Below, one piece after another: positions 63,373-64,000 of a stretch of 64,000 nucleotides of DNA; the first letter of the stretch is position 1; each line of letters opens with the position of its first letter. The translations under genes and the position numbers were made by a program. This DNA comes from Escherichia coli. GTDB taxonomy: Bacteria > Pseudomonadota > Gammaproteobacteria > Enterobacterales > Enterobacteriaceae. The stretch lies in the NCBI RefSeq assembly GCF_003334355.1, contig NZ_QOWP01000003.1; one strand, written 5' to 3'. The notes below the pieces were generated by a model. It was not told the DNA's origin and did no database searches. It saw only the letters and a list, made by a program, of their open reading frames with translations.

Positions 63373-64000
63373 ATGAGGATTTGCAGCGACCAACCTTGTA
63401 TTGTTTTATTGACTGAAAAAGATGTCTGGATAAGGGTGAATGGGAAAGAACCTATTAGCCTTAAAGCTAACCATATGGCGTTATTAAATTGTGAAAATAA
63501 TATTATCGACGTCTCCTCTCTTAACAACACTTTGGTTGCTCATATTAGTCACGACATCATCAAAGATTACCTCCGGTTTCTGAATAAAGATCTCTCGCAA
63601 ATACCAGTATGGCAACGTAGCGCTACGCCCATACTCACCCTGCCATGCCTGACGCCAGACGTCTTTCGCGTTGCCGCGCAACACAGCATGATGCCCGCAG
63701 AAACTGAGTCAGAAAAGGAACGAACACGCGCATTATTATTCACGGTGCTATCCCGTTTTCTCGACAGTAAAAAATTCGTTTCATTAATGATGTATATGTT
63801 ACGTAATTGTGTAAGTGACAGCGTTTATCAAATTATTGAAAGCGATATTCACAAAGACTGGAATCTTAGTATGGTAGCCAGTTGTTTATGTCTTAGCCCA
63901 AGTCTGTTAAAGAAAAAGTTGAAAAGCGAAAACACCAGTTATAGCCAAATAATCACCACCTGCCGCATGCGTTATGCCGTAAATGAATTAATGATGGACG
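63373..64000 (+). CDS. adiY: AraC-family regulator AdiY, N-terminal 209 codons (3' end beyond window)
   Basis: Own translation from ATG at 63373: MRICSDQPCIVLLTEKDVWIRVNGKEPISLKANHMALLNCENNIID...; open to the window end; not in ORF track. Confidence 0.85.
   Translation, partial: MRICSDQPCIVLLTEKDVWIRVNGKEPISLKANHMALLNCENNIIDVSSLNNTLVAHISHDIIKDYLRFLNKDLSQIPVWQRSATPILTLPCLTPDVFRVAAQHSMMPAETESEKERTRALLFTVLSRFLDSKKFVSLMMYMLRNCVSDSVYQIIESDIHKDWNLSMVASCLCLSPSLLKKKLKSENTSYSQIITTCRMRYAVNELMMD

Overview
This window is a gene-dense stretch of core Escherichia coli chromosome, collinear in reverse-complement orientation with the K-12 region running from the nnr-tsaE-amiB-mutL-miaA-hfq-hflX superoperon through frdABCD-ampC, efp, groESL, aspA-dcuA, dsbD, pheU, cadCBA, lysU, dcuSR-dcuB-fumB and melRAB to adiA-adiY. 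I place 58 protein-coding genes (hflX and adiY cut by the window edges), 3 tRNA genes, three REP/BIME repeat clusters, one guanidine-II riboswitch and a set of promoters and terminators. All gene identities come from reading the ORF-track translations or my own translation against remembered E. coli proteins; no database search was run. Five genes are missing from the ORF track because they are under 60 aa or lack an in-window start or stop: ecnA, ecnB, ghoT, hflX and adiY. I found no IS element, prophage, integron, CRISPR array or defence island, and every intergenic gap is about the size expected, so I see no evidence for a previously undescribed system here. The observations most worth a second look are: (1) a tRNA-Gly cluster with two copies around a 157-bp non-tRNA spacer, where I recall three tandem copies in K-12; (2) an identical 13-mer TGATATCAACTTG upstream of both cadB and lysU; (3) EF-P and both its modification enzymes sitting in the same window as two polyproline client genes (cadC, amiB); (4) the low-GC ghoST type V toxin-antitoxin pair; (5) the guanidine-II riboswitch on gdx/sugE; (6) yjeJ, an unknown-function gene bracketed by REP clusters.
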